The notes: a model not told the origin generated them from the letters alone. A DNA stretch of 64,000 nucleotides from an uncultured Candidatus Rokubacteria bacterium (GCA_963826115.1 CAWGVS010000003.1:1-64000); one strand, 5' to 3'. Counted from the stretch's first letter, positions 41,202-50,844 are shown. Program-made: numbers and translations.

Positions 41202-41978
41202 GTGGCGCGCGGGTTCGCCCTCCACGCCGGCGCGCCGGCCGCCGTGATCCGCGCGGCGGCCCGGAGCGCCGAGGCGCTCGGCTATGGCTCGTTCTGGGTG
41301 AACTATCCGGGCGAGATCGACGGCCTGGCCGCCCTCGCGCTGGCCGCGCGGGAGACGGGGCGCATCGACCTCGGGGTCGGCGTCGTGCCGCTCCACACGT
41401 GCGGCCCGGACCGCATCGTCGCCGCCGTGCGCGCGAACGGGCTGCCGCTCGAGCGCCTGCGGCTCGGCGTCGGGAGCCCGAACCCCGAGTCCCTCCGTCG
41501 GGTGCGCGACGGCATCGCGGCGCTGCGGCGCACGCTGCCGGCCCAGCTGTACGTCGCGGCGCTCGGGCCGCGCATGTGTCACCTCGCGGGCGAGGTGGCC
41601 GACGGCGTCCTCCTCAACTGGCTGACGCCGGAGCACGCGGTCCGGTCGGCCGAATGGGTACGGGCCGGTGCGGCGGCGGCCGGGCGGCCCGTTCCCCGGC
41701 TGGCGACCTACGTGCGCGTCGCGCTGGGACCCGAGGCCGCCGCGCAGCTCGACGTGGAGTGCGGCCGGTACGCGGGGATCCCGGCCTACGCGGCCCACTT
41801 CGCGCGCATGGGCGTGCCCCCCCGCGCGACGGCGGTGGCGGCAGCGACCGCGGCCGCCGTGCCCGACGGGCTCCGTGGCTGGGAGCGCGCCCTCGACGAC
41901 GTGATCGTGCGGGCCATCACCGCGTCCGACAGCGTCGACGAGACGCTCGCCCTGGTCCACGCCGCGCGGCCCGCCTAG
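41202..41978 (+). CDS. LLM-class flavin-dependent oxidoreductase
   Basis: AEALGYGSFW, DLGVGVVP, YVAALGPRMCHLAGEVADGVLLNW. Confidence 0.85.
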   Translation: MARGFALHAGAPAAVIRAAARSAEALGYGSFWVNYPGEIDGLAALALAARETGRIDLGVGVVPLHTCGPDRIVAAVRANGLPLERLRLGVGSPNPESLRRVRDGIAALRRTLPAQLYVAALGPRMCHLAGEVADGVLLNWLTPEHAVRSAEWVRAGAAAAGRPVPRLATYVRVALGPEAAAQLDVECGRYAGIPAYAAHFARMGVPPRATAVAAATAAAVPDGLRGWERALDDVIVRAITASDSVDETLALVHAARPA

Positions 41979-42013
41979 CGCCGGCGCCCGGCGCACTCAC
42001 GACGCGGCGGCGC

Positions 42014-42859
42014 TCAGCCGCCGATCCCGAAGAACCGCCTCGCGTTCTCGTAGAAGATCCACCGGTAGACCTCCATCGGCAGGTCGCGGGCCCACAGTCC
42101 CGTCCGTTCCAGCTCGTAGGGGTACGGGAGGTTCGGGAAGTCGCTCCCGAAGAGGATGCGGTCCTGGTACCGCACCAGGTCGGCATCGCGGACCACGGCG
42201 GCGTCGATGCCGGTGAACGGCAGGGACGCCGCCGTCATCGCCATCGTCGTGTCGAGGTGGAGGCGCGGGTAGCGGTCGAGGAGCTGGAAGGCCAGGCGGG
42301 TCTCGAACGCGCCCATGTGGCAGATCGACGCTCTGAGGTCGGGAAAGCGCTCGAGCACCCGCTCGAAGCGCCCGAGGCCCGTGAACTCGTTCGTGTGGGG
42401 CCCCGTCCCCACGTGGATGACGAGGACGCGGTCGAGGGCGCGCAGGCGCTCGTAGACCGGCAGCATCCGCGGGTCGTCCGGGTGGAACCGCTGGACCTGC
42501 GTGTGGACCTTGAGCCCCGCGAACCCCCACTCGCCGCACGCCTCCTCGACGATCGCCGCCGGGTCGTCGTCGGCGGCGTGGACGGTGCCGAGCGGGATCG
42601 CGTCCGGGAAGCGGGCGGCGGTGTCCCGGATCCAGGCGTTCAGGTCGCGGGCCATTCCCGGCCGGTGCGCGTACGAGAAGAAGGCGAAACGCTCGACGCC
42701 AGCTCCGCGGAGGGCCGCCACCACGTCCTCCGGCTCGGTGGGCCCTCGGAGGTCCCAGCGGGAGTGCTCCTCGAACCACCGCCGGATGGCGGCGAAGAGC
42801 CGCGGCGGGTGGAGATGCGTGTGGGCGTCGATGTAGCGGAAGCCGGCGGGGGGCTCCAT
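42014..42859 (-). CDS. amidohydrolase family 2 metal-dependent hydrolase
   Basis: IDAHTH, GLKVH, VIHVG, CHMGA, ILFGSDFPN. Confidence 0.9.
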   Translation of the reverse strand: MEPPAGFRYIDAHTHLHPPRLFAAIRRWFEEHSRWDLRGPTEPEDVVAALRGAGVERFAFFSYAHRPGMARDLNAWIRDTAARFPDAIPLGTVHAADDDPAAIVEEACGEWGFAGLKVHTQVQRFHPDDPRMLPVYERLRALDRVLVIHVGTGPHTNEFTGLGRFERVLERFPDLRASICHMGAFETRLAFQLLDRYPRLHLDTTMAMTAASLPFTGIDAAVVRDADLVRYQDRILFGSDFPNLPYPYELERTGLWARDLPMEVYRWIFYENARRFFGIGG

Positions 42860-42863
42860 GCCG

Positions 42864-43751
42864 CTACGCGGACCGGACCGGCGCGGCCCGGTGGACCACC
42901 CAGTCAGCCGGCAACCCCGGGACGGCCACGCGCACCTCGCCCGTCCGGGCGAGCGCCGCGACCGCACGGCGCACGTCCTCGACGGGAACGCCGAACAGGC
43001 GAGCCATCCCGCGGGGCGTCCCCCACGTGGCGCCGCCCAGGTAGCGCTCGACCAGGCGGCGGACCGCCGCCGGGCGGCCGAGGCGGCGGCCCTCGCGAAC
43101 CCCGTCGGGCAGCCACGCCTCGACCAGGTCCCACCGGTACGAGAACGAGGGGTCGTAGCGCTCCTCGGTCTTGACCACGAAGAGCCCCTGCTGGAGCTCC
43201 GCCACCGCCCGCTCGAAGCCGCGCGTCGAGCCCGGGTCCAGCATGAGCGTCTCCGCGCGCCACTCCCGGGTGTAGAGCGGGTGCCGGCGGATCAGCACGT
43301 CCATGAGGCGCTTGGCTCCGTGCGACAGGCGCCCCGCCTCGTACTCCGCGCGGTAGTCGCGGGCTCGCTGCCGGCCCCGGACGAGCGCGTAGAACGCCGG
43401 GAAGAGGTCGAGCGCCACCAGCACCGGCCGGCCCTTCAGCAGCTTGCCGTAGTAGACCGCCCGACGGGCGGGCAGGCGGTCCTTCAGCTCCCAGGTGAGG
43501 CCCACGCCGGCGTCGTGGTGCGACCGCCGCGGCCACCGGGGATCGCGCCGCCCGACGACGGCCTCCCAGAGGCAAGCCAGGCCGTCGGGAAAGCGGTAGA
43601 AGGTCGAGCAGACGCCGACCTCCTGGACGAAGGCGAGGGCGTCCCGCTCGCTCCGGACGCGGCGCGCGGCGACGCGACGGAAGGCGCGGTCGCGCGCCTG
43701 CTCGAGGCGCTGGCGGTCGGGGGTCTCGGTCACCGCGGTCGGCGCGGCCAC
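42864..43751 (-). CDS. winged-helix protein, AlkZ/YcaQ-like crosslink DNA glycosylase relative
   Basis: CLWEAV, WELKDRL, YYGKLLKGRPVLV, YLGGATWGT..MARLFG helical/wHTH pattern. Confidence 0.6.
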   Translation of the reverse strand: MAAPTAVTETPDRQRLEQARDRAFRRVAARRVRSERDALAFVQEVGVCSTFYRFPDGLACLWEAVVGRRDPRWPRRSHHDAGVGLTWELKDRLPARRAVYYGKLLKGRPVLVALDLFPAFYALVRGRQRARDYRAEYEAGRLSHGAKRLMDVLIRRHPLYTREWRAETLMLDPGSTRGFERAVAELQQGLFVVKTEERYDPSFSYRWDLVEAWLPDGVREGRRLGRPAAVRRLVERYLGGATWGTPRGMARLFGVPVEDVRRAVAALARTGEVRVAVPGLPADWVVHRAAPVRSA

Positions 43752-43764
43752 GCGCCCGCGGGGC

Positions 43765-44652
43765 TCAGTCGAAGACGAGCCCGTGCTCGCCGACCCGGTA
43801 CTCGACGATCTCGTCGCTCATGGCGCTGCCGCGGTGCTTGGCCACGGAGACGAAGCGGCCGACGCGAAGCCCGATCTTCTCGCGCCCGAGCAGGAGCACG
43901 GTGTTGGCCACGGCCCCGATGTCGCCCGCCGTCACCTTGCGCGAGATGAGGTCCTCGAGCCGGGTCTCCTCGGTCGTGACCAGCAGCAGCGTCGTGATCG
44001 ACGCGTGGTCGTAGCGATGGCCCTCGATGAAGGCCCGGTGCTGCCAGACGGGCAGGCAGATCTCCATGCCCAGCGTCTCGGCGTCGCGGTGGATGATCTT
44101 CCGGTAGAGATCGTCCACGATGTGCGCCTGGATCGAGTCGTCGCTGTCGCGCGGCTCGATGCCGTCCACGACGACGCGCCGCGAGCCGTTCGCGAAGTGG
44201 AAGTAGAAGAAGGGACGCGCGGTGTAGAGGGCGCGCGCGTACGTCGCCTTCCAGTTCCAGTCGAACTCCCGGCCGTCGGGCGTGGCGACCTGGTAGTCGG
44301 TCCGCCGACCGACCCAGGGGAAGACGTCGAGGTAGTGGGCGTCCAGCTCGCCGGTCGGGGGATACGGGTCGGCCATCGGCATGACGGTGTGGCTCCAGCG
44401 CCGGAGCGGCCAGTCGTAGAGGCGCTCGGCGTAAGGCCCGTGCTGCTGTGAGTCGCCGCGGGCGTTCATGTCGACGATGAGCCCCGGCGCCCTGTCCGCC
44501 ACGCGGCCGTGGTGAGCGAAGGTGAGCCCGAGATGCGTCTTCCCGATGCCGGTGGCGCCGTAGACGACGGTCATAGTGCCCGGCAGGAGGCCGCCGCCGA
44601 GCATCGCGTCGAGACGCGGCAGACCCGTGGAGACGCGCGCCGGCGAGGTCAC
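43765..44652 (-). CDS. single-domain KaiC/RAD55-like RecA-superfamily ATPase
   Basis: STGLPRLDAMLGGGL, Walker A GATGIGKT, Walker B VVVDG, KHRGS. Confidence 0.85.
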   Translation of the reverse strand: MTSPARVSTGLPRLDAMLGGGLLPGTMTVVYGATGIGKTHLGLTFAHHGRVADRAPGLIVDMNARGDSQQHGPYAERLYDWPLRRWSHTVMPMADPYPPTGELDAHYLDVFPWVGRRTDYQVATPDGREFDWNWKATYARALYTARPFFYFHFANGSRRVVVDGIEPRDSDDSIQAHIVDDLYRKIIHRDAETLGMEICLPVWQHRAFIEGHRYDHASITTLLLVTTEETRLEDLISRKVTAGDIGAVANTVLLLGREKIGLRVGRFVSVAKHRGSAMSDEIVEYRVGEHGLVFD

Positions 44653-44747
44653 GAGGTCGAAGGATACGGACCCGCTCCGGGCGCGTCAACCGCGGCCGCC
44701 GCACGGGCACCGCGCGCACCCCGGCGGCGCGCGCTGCGCCCGACGCG

Positions 44748-44837
44748 CTACACCGCGAGGAGCGACAGCGCGAGCGCCCACAGCGCGAAGGCGCCGGCGC
44801 CCGCCACCGCCGCGCTCACGTCGCGAAGCGGGAGCAC
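44748..44837 (-). CDS. putative 29-aa single-TM peptide
   Basis: AAGGA 8 nt before GTG; MLPLRDVSAAVAGAGAFALWALALSLLAV*. Confidence 0.5.
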   Translation of the reverse strand: MLPLRDVSAAVAGAGAFALWALALSLLAV

Positions 44838-45141
44838 GGTCGCAATCCTTGTCACGTGTTGAGTCACGGTGGACCAAAAAAAAGCGGCCGGCGCCAGGCT
44901 CGTAGTCGACGCCCGCGCGCTCTCGACGCGGCCTCGTCCGACCGCCGCGCGGCCTCGCGGCGCCCGCGGCCCGGCCGCCGCCACACCCGAGCGCAGCCGG
45001 GCGGCGTGACCGGACGGCCACGTCTTCGTCACGATCGCGCGAGCTCCCCCGCCCGCTCGAACTCGTCGGCTCGCCGTGCCCGGACCGCGGCGGCAGACCG
45101 CGTCGGCGCGCGCGGCGGGAGCGCTGGTGCTGCGGACCCGC

Positions 45142-45762
45142 TCAGAAGCCACGGACGAGCCCCACGACCTTGCCGAGGATCCGCAGGTCCTTCTCGCCTT
45201 CCCGGACGACGATCGGCGCCATGGTCGGATGCTCCGGCCGGAGGAAGACGGCGTGGGCGTCGCGCGCGAAGCGCTTGACCGTCGCCTCCCCGTCGACCAG
45301 CGCGACGACGATGTCGCCGGGCTGGGCATGGTCCTGCCGGCGCACGAGGACGAGGTCGCCCTCGACGATGTGCGCGTTGATCATGCTCTCCCCGTGCACG
45401 CGGAGGCTGAACACGTCCTCGCTGCGCCCGCCGAGCCAGGTCGGATCGAGCGGGAGGGCGCCGTCGCGGTTCTCCTCAGCCAGGAGAGGCGCGCCCGCGG
45501 CGATGCGGCCGAGGATCGGGATCTCACGGGTCGTCCGGGGCGGCACGGCCAGGGTGAGCGCCCGCGACGTCCGCCCCTCGCTCGTCCGCCGGCGGAGGAA
45601 CCCCTTCCGCTCGAGCGCCCGGAGGTGGTCGAAGGCCGCGCGCGGCGTCACGTGGAAGCGGCCGCCGATCTCGCGCACGGTCGGCGGGACGCCGTGCTCC
45701 TCGGTGAAGGCCTGGATGAAGTCGAGCACCTGTCGCTGGCGGTCGGTCAGTCGCGGGTCCAT
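45142..45762 (-). CDS. lexA: SOS repressor LexA
   Basis: LTDRQ..PPTVREIG, Ala-Gly cleavage site IAAGAP, VHGESM (Ser), EATVKR (Lys); GGAGGA RBS. Confidence 0.96.
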   Translation of the reverse strand: MDPRLTDRQRQVLDFIQAFTEEHGVPPTVREIGGRFHVTPRAAFDHLRALERKGFLRRRTSEGRTSRALTLAVPPRTTREIPILGRIAAGAPLLAEENRDGALPLDPTWLGGRSEDVFSLRVHGESMINAHIVEGDLVLVRRQDHAQPGDIVVALVDGEATVKRFARDAHAVFLRPEHPTMAPIVVREGEKDLRILGKVVGLVRGF

Positions 45763-45781
45763 GGGTGTTCCTCCCGCCAGG

Positions 45782-45811
45782 AGTCTAGTCAACACCCGTT
45801 GAGGCAGTCAA
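45782..45811 (-). promoter_or_regulatory. lexA promoter with palindromic operator candidate TCAAC-N4-GTTGA (45789-45802)
   Basis: TTGACT-18 nt-TAGACT; palindrome lies between the -35 and -10 elements. Confidence 0.65.
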
Positions 45812-45828
45812 CCAAAAAAAGAGGGGGG

Positions 45829-46350
45829 TCAGGAGGCGACGGCGACCTCCTTGGGGTCGCAGGCCGGGCACGGCTGGAGCCCATGGTCCCACCCTTCCCC
45901 GACGGTCTTGACGGGGATCCGCTCGCTGGCGGGCACCCGGGCCCGCCAGGCGCACTCGCGCCGATGGAGGAGTCGCCCGCCCCGGCTGGTCCAGTAGGGC
46001 TCCAGGAGGTCGTCGGCGGCCGGCCCCTCGGTCGCGGTGCTCCCCGCCACGGCCGACTCCGTTGCGGCGGGCTGCCCGTCGGCCGTCGCGACATGGCCGT
46101 CCGCGGTGTCCGTGGCCGCGACGCTCGCCGACGCAGGCTCGAGGGGCGAGGTCGACGTGGGCGAGATGTCGTGGTCCGTGTTGAGCTGGAGGTTCTGCTC
46201 GACGGTCGAGCGGAACTCGTCGCTCGCCCGGCGGAACTCCCGCATGGCGCGGCCGAGCCGCCGCCCGAGGTCGGGCAGCTTGTCCGGCCCGAAGATGAGG
46301 AGGGCCAGGACCATGATGACGAGGAGCTCCTGGATGCCGATGTCCAGCAT
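45829..46350 (-). CDS. tatB: TatA/TatB-family translocase subunit with C-terminal Ada-like Zn-binding domain
   Basis: [42 protein letters not shown]; C-terminal HRREC...QPCPACDP. Confidence 0.8.
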   Translation of the reverse strand: MLDIGIQELLVIMVLALLIFGPDKLPDLGRRLGRAMREFRRASDEFRSTVEQNLQLNTDHDISPTSTSPLEPASASVAATDTADGHVATADGQPAATESAVAGSTATEGPAADDLLEPYWTSRGGRLLHRRECAWRARVPASERIPVKTVGEGWDHGLQPCPACDPKEVAVAS

Positions 46351-46364
46351 GGACTGGGCGAATC

Positions 46365-47264
46365 CTACACGATGGGGCGGACCCGCGCATCCGCCTTTCG
46401 CCCCTCGGACTCCATCGCGCGGTGGAGGAGAATGAGCACCGCGAGCAAGAACATGTGACTTCCCGACCACATCACGCCGCCCCCGAACGACTGATCCTCG
46501 ACGGCGCTCAGGTCCGCGAGGAGCCGGGGCGCGGCGGCGTAGGACGGGTAGAACACCCGCTCCGCGAGCCCGAGGACCGCGCCCAGGAGGGTGTTCTGGG
46601 CGGTGGCGAGGATGAGGTACCCGATGCGGGCGCCGTACATCACCCCGGTCGTCAGGCGGTGGAACCGAGGCGCGGGGTTGATGATCGGCCACCAGAAGAG
46701 GACCGCGGTGCCGAAGAAGGTCAGGTGCTCGATGTCGTGTAGCCACGGGTGGCGGAGGGCGGCCTCGTAGGCCCGCGGGTAGTGCCATCCCCAGAGCGTC
46801 ACCGTGTAGAGCGCGCCCGCCACGGGCATCCAGGTGAGCGTGCCGAGGACGCGTCGGACCCGACCGGGACGGGAGACGAGCGCGCCCAGCCGTCGGCGGG
46901 CCCCGGGCGAGAGGCCCCAGAGCACGAAGGGGAACGGCGCGGCCAGGAGGATGAGGGGCGGCGCCACCATCATCAGCAGCTGGTGCTGGACCATGTGCGC
47001 GGTGAAGGACAGCTCGGCGAGGACCTCGACCGGTGAGCAGAGCGCGATCACCACGCTCAGGAGGCCGAGCAAGTAGGCCGCGAGCTTCCATCCCGGCGCC
47101 GCCCCGCGCGCCCGCGGCGCCTGGCGGAGGCGCCACCAGCCGCGCACGTAGAGCGTCGCGAGACCGCCCACCACCAGGAGGACGAGCGGGCGCCAGCTCC
47201 AGGCGCCGCCGACGCGCAGGAGGAGCTCGCCCAGCCCTCCGGTCGCCGCGACCGCCGGTGTCAT
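46365..47264 (-). CDS. ctaG: cytochrome c oxidase assembly factor (caa3-type CtaG)
   Basis: [42 protein letters not shown]. Confidence 0.9.
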   Translation of the reverse strand: MTPAVAATGGLGELLLRVGGAWSWRPLVLLVVGGLATLYVRGWWRLRQAPRARGAAPGWKLAAYLLGLLSVVIALCSPVEVLAELSFTAHMVQHQLLMMVAPPLILLAAPFPFVLWGLSPGARRRLGALVSRPGRVRRVLGTLTWMPVAGALYTVTLWGWHYPRAYEAALRHPWLHDIEHLTFFGTAVLFWWPIINPAPRFHRLTTGVMYGARIGYLILATAQNTLLGAVLGLAERVFYPSYAAAPRLLADLSAVEDQSFGGGVMWSGSHMFLLAVLILLHRAMESEGRKADARVRPIV

Positions 47265-47271
47265 GAGGATT

Positions 47272-47835
47272 TCAGGCGCCTGGCGCCGACAGGAGCTCGC
47301 CCAGGTAGGCCCGGGCGTCCGGCCCTACCCAGTCGCGGATCCCGAGGATGGTCCCGACGACCATGCCGCGCCGGTCCACCAGGAACGTCACGGGCAGGCC
47401 GCGCACCTGGAGCTGTTCCGCCGCCTTGCCCCGGGCGTCCAGGAGCATCGGAAATCCGAGGCCGTGCTCCCGCACGAACTCCTGGATCTCGCCCTTCGAC
47501 TCCTTGAAGTTCACGCCCACGACGGCGAGCCCCTTGGGGCCAAGCTCGCGGGCGAGCGTCTCGAGCGCCGGCATCTCGTCGCGACACGGCACGCACCACG
47601 TCGCCCAGAAGTTGAGCAGCACCACGCGTCCCCGGAAGTCCTGGAGGCGGACCGGCCGGCCGGTCACGTCCGGCAGCTCGAGGTCCGACGCCGCGATCGG
47701 CGCGGCCGGGCGGCTCACCGGAAACTGGGTCGCGCGGCCGGCGGGCGCGGCGCGGCTCCAGTAGGCCGCGGCGCCGACCGCGGCGCCCAGGAGCGCGACG
47801 GCGGCCGACAGCTCGAGCCACTGAGCGCGCGTCAT
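47272..47835 (-). CDS. TlpA/ResA-family thiol-disulfide oxidoreductase
   Basis: VVLLNFWATWCVPCRDEMP, GLPVTFLVD; N-terminal TM. Confidence 0.92.
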   Translation of the reverse strand: MTRAQWLELSAAVALLGAAVGAAAYWSRAAPAGRATQFPVSRPAAPIAASDLELPDVTGRPVRLQDFRGRVVLLNFWATWCVPCRDEMPALETLARELGPKGLAVVGVNFKESKGEIQEFVREHGLGFPMLLDARGKAAEQLQVRGLPVTFLVDRRGMVVGTILGIRDWVGPDARAYLGELLSAPGA

Positions 47836-47939
47836 CCGAGGGCCGTCCGTCGCATGCTCGGATGATAGACCCGGCCCGGGAGCGGGACAACGACGCGGCC
47901 ATTCACGGGCCGGCGCGCGCTTCTGATACCCTTCGTCGG

Positions 47940-49547
47940 GTGGCGGACCTGCTCGACCGCCGGCCGGCCTGGATCGTCCCGGCCGCTCTCTGCGGTCTCG
48001 GCGCACTCCTCCGGCTCTGGCAGTACGCGGCGGGCGCGTCCCTGTGGGCCGACGAGGCCAACCTCGCCCTGAACATCGTCGAGCGGTCCGCCGGCCGGCT
48101 CCTCGGTCCCCTCGACTACCGCCAGATCGCGCCGCCGGGGTGGCTCCTCGTCCAGAAGGCGGTCGTCACGCTCTTGGGCGACGGCGAGCACGCGCTCCGG
48201 CTCGTGCCCTTCGTCGGGAGCCTGGTGGCGCTGCCGCTCAGCTGGCATGTCGCGCGGCGGGCGCTGCCGCCGGGCCTCGCGCCGCCCCTCGCGCTCGGGC
48301 TCGTCGCGACCGGGCTCCCCTTCATCGTCTACGCAGCCCAGGTGAAGCCCTACTCGACCGACGTGGCGGTGGCGCTCGGCCTCCTCGCGCTCGCGCTGGC
48401 GGTCAGCCTCCGCGGGGCCAGCCCGGGCCGCGTTCTCGCGCTGGGCGCCGCCGGCGCCCTCGCCCCGTGGGTGTCGTATCCCGCCGTGCTGGTGAACGGC
48501 GGCCTCCTGATCGCGCTGTCGGCCCCAGTGCTCCTCCGGCGCGATCGCGCGAGCCTCCGACGGCTCGGCCTCGTGGCGCTCGCGTGGGCGGCGAGCGGCG
48601 CGGCCGCCCTCGCCTGGGCGCGCGGCACCGTGACGCCGGAGGACACGCTCTACCTCCAGCGGTTCTGGGCCCGCGACTTCATGCCGCTGCCACCGCGGGA
48701 GCTCTGGGATCTGGGCTGGCCGATCGCCCGGCTGACCACGGTGTATGGGGGCGGTGGCCTCCGGTATCCGGCGCCGGGATTCTTCCTGGTCCTGGGCGCG
48801 CTCGGCGCGTGGGGACTCTGGCGGGGCGCGCCCGCTCGCGCGTGGCTCTTGCTCGGCCCCATCCTCGCGACGCTCGGCGCCGCGACGCTCGGCGCCTACC
48901 CGTTCGAGCCTCGCGTCGTGCTGTTCCTCTTCCCGTCCTTCCTCATGCTCACGGCGGCCGGCCCCGATGGCCTGGCCCGCCTCGTCGGACGCTCGCCGGG
49001 TCGCGTCGCCGCCCTGACGGCGACCGCGTGCGCCGCGCTCGCCCTCGTCGGCCTCGGGCGGAGCCACCTGCCCTACGCGCCGGAGCCGCTCGCGCCGGTG
49101 CTCCAGGCGATGCGCCGCGCGTGGCAGCCCGGCGACCGCGCGTACGTCTACTACGGGGGCGAGAAGGCCTTCGTCTACTACGCGCGGCGGCTCGGGATCG
49201 CGCCCGGGGACTACGTGCTCGGTCGCTGCGCGCGCGAGGATCCGCGCGCGTATCTCAGGGAGCTGGACCTGTTTCGCGGGGGGCGGCGGGTCTGGGTCGT
49301 GGTGACCCACGCGGTGCCGGAGGAGACGGCGGCCATCGGCGACTACCTGGACCGCATCGGAACGCGACGCGAGTCGTTCGAGGCGGGCCGCGTCCCCGGA
49401 GGGCGCCGGGCCGACCGCGCCCGCGCCGAGCTCTACGACCTATCCGACCCGACGCGGCTGGCGGCGGCCACGGCGGAGACGTTCCCGATGCCACCTCCCG
49501 CCGACGGCGGCCAGGGAGCGGCCTGGTCCTGCCACCCCGGCGCGTGA
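47940..49547 (+). CDS. GT-C fold (PMT/GT39-like) membrane glycosyltransferase
   Basis: SLWADEA, APPGWL, EHALRL, VKPYSTD; multiple TM. Confidence 0.75.
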   Translation: MADLLDRRPAWIVPAALCGLGALLRLWQYAAGASLWADEANLALNIVERSAGRLLGPLDYRQIAPPGWLLVQKAVVTLLGDGEHALRLVPFVGSLVALPLSWHVARRALPPGLAPPLALGLVATGLPFIVYAAQVKPYSTDVAVALGLLALALAVSLRGASPGRVLALGAAGALAPWVSYPAVLVNGGLLIALSAPVLLRRDRASLRRLGLVALAWAASGAAALAWARGTVTPEDTLYLQRFWARDFMPLPPRELWDLGWPIARLTTVYGGGGLRYPAPGFFLVLGALGAWGLWRGAPARAWLLLGPILATLGAATLGAYPFEPRVVLFLFPSFLMLTAAGPDGLARLVGRSPGRVAALTATACAALALVGLGRSHLPYAPEPLAPVLQAMRRAWQPGDRAYVYYGGEKAFVYYARRLGIAPGDYVLGRCAREDPRAYLRELDLFRGGRRVWVVVTHAVPEETAAIGDYLDRIGTRRESFEAGRVPGGRRADRARAELYDLSDPTRLAAATAETFPMPPPADGGQGAAWSCHPGA

Positions 49548-49554
49548 GCGCCGC

Positions 49555-50844
49555 TCACCAGACCCGCATCGAGCTCCGGACGATGGCGTCGAGGTCCCGG
49601 GGGCCCACGTCGCGCGGCGTGTTGGCGAGGAGCCGGGGCTGCTGGAGCGTCCCGTCGACCAGGGCCCCCGCGTCGCCCTCCGTGTAGCCCACTGCCGCCA
49701 GCCCGTTCGGGATGCCGATGTCGCGCATGAGCGCGACGAGCGCCCGGGGCAAGGCCTCTGGCCGCGCCGCCTCGTCGAGGTCTCGCACGGGCACGCCGAG
49801 GAGCTCCGCGGCCCGGAGGTGACGCTCCGGCGCCGTCGGATAGGTGAACCGGAACGCCGCGGGTGCCGTGAGGATCACCGACATGCCGTGCGGGACGAGC
49901 GGGTGCCCGCTCGGATACCCGGCCGGCCGGAAGTCCCGAACGAGCCCCGCGACCGGGTACGCGACCGCGTGCGGAATGTGGACTCCGGCGTTCCCGAACC
50001 CGATCCCCGCGTAGTTCGCCGCGAGCGCCAGATTGGTCCGGGCCTCGACGTCCATCCCGTTGAGGACGGCCCGCCGGAGATACCGGCCCACGAGCTCGAT
50101 CGCCTTCTCGCACCACACGTCGCTCGCCGGGTTGGCGCCGATGTAGGCGGGCCGGTCCGGCGGATGGTGCTTGGGGCGGGCGTCGTAGGGTCGCGTCGTG
50201 TAGGACTCGATCGCGTGGGTCAGGATGTCGGCCCCCGCCGCCGCCGTGACCCCGGGCGGCACCGTCAGCGTGTTGAGCGGATCCACCACGCCGAGCGTCG
50301 GACGGAGGAGCCGGTTCGACACGCCCGCCTTCACGTGCTGCGCGACGACGTGCGTCACCAAGACGGCCGTGGTCTCGCTCCCGGTCCCGGCGGTCGTCGG
50401 CATCGCGATGAGCGGCTTCAGCGGGCCCGGGATCGGCGCGCCCCGCCCTACCGGCTTGTTCACGTAGTCGAGGAGCGGCGCCGGGTAGCACGTGAGGAGG
50501 TTCACGGCCTTGCCCGTGTCGATGGCGCTGCCCCCGCCGACCGCGATGTAGCCGTCGACCTCCTTCGTGCGCGCGTATTCCGCGGCCTCCTCCATCGACC
50601 GGTCCGTCGGCTCGACGGCGACGCCGTCGAACACGTCGGCCTTGATGCCCTGCTCGTCCAGGAGCGCGCGCACGCGCTCGGGGAGCCCAAGGGCGGCGAG
50701 ACCCGGGTCGGTCACGATCAGGACCTTCCGGAGCCCGAGGCGCCGCGCGTCGAACCCGATCTCCTCGGTGGCGCCGAGACCGAACTTGATCGGCGACATC
50801 TCCATCACGAACACGGTCTCGGTCGGCAGCGTGACGCCCTTCAT
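49555..50844 (-). CDS. hydroxyacid-oxoacid transhydrogenase (Fe-ADH family)
   Basis: VGGGSAIDTGKA, YVNKPVGRG, PTTAGTGSETT, GFGNAGVHIPH, VPHGMSV. Confidence 0.9.
   Translation of the reverse strand: MKGVTLPTETVFVMEMSPIKFGLGATEEIGFDARRLGLRKVLIVTDPGLAALGLPERVRALLDEQGIKADVFDGVAVEPTDRSMEEAAEYARTKEVDGYIAVGGGSAIDTGKAVNLLTCYPAPLLDYVNKPVGRGAPIPGPLKPLIAMPTTAGTGSETTAVLVTHVVAQHVKAGVSNRLLRPTLGVVDPLNTLTVPPGVTAAAGADILTHAIESYTTRPYDARPKHHPPDRPAYIGANPASDVWCEKAIELVGRYLRRAVLNGMDVEARTNLALAANYAGIGFGNAGVHIPHAVAYPVAGLVRDFRPAGYPSGHPLVPHGMSVILTAPAAFRFTYPTAPERHLRAAELLGVPVRDLDEAARPEALPRALVALMRDIGIPNGLAAVGYTEGDAGALVDGTLQQPRLLANTPRDVGPRDLDAIVRSSMRVW

Noticed and set aside
43765-44652. Circadian clock KaiC
   Set aside because: Single domain, and no kaiA or kaiB
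44884-45141. GC-rich gap after lexA as an ncRNA or terminator
   Set aside because: A T-tract is present, but I could not identify a convincing stem or known RNA motif by eye
46351-47136. N-terminal extension of the Tat ORF (435 aa)
   Set aside because: Alternate frame of ctaG; the Tat motif begins at ATG 46350
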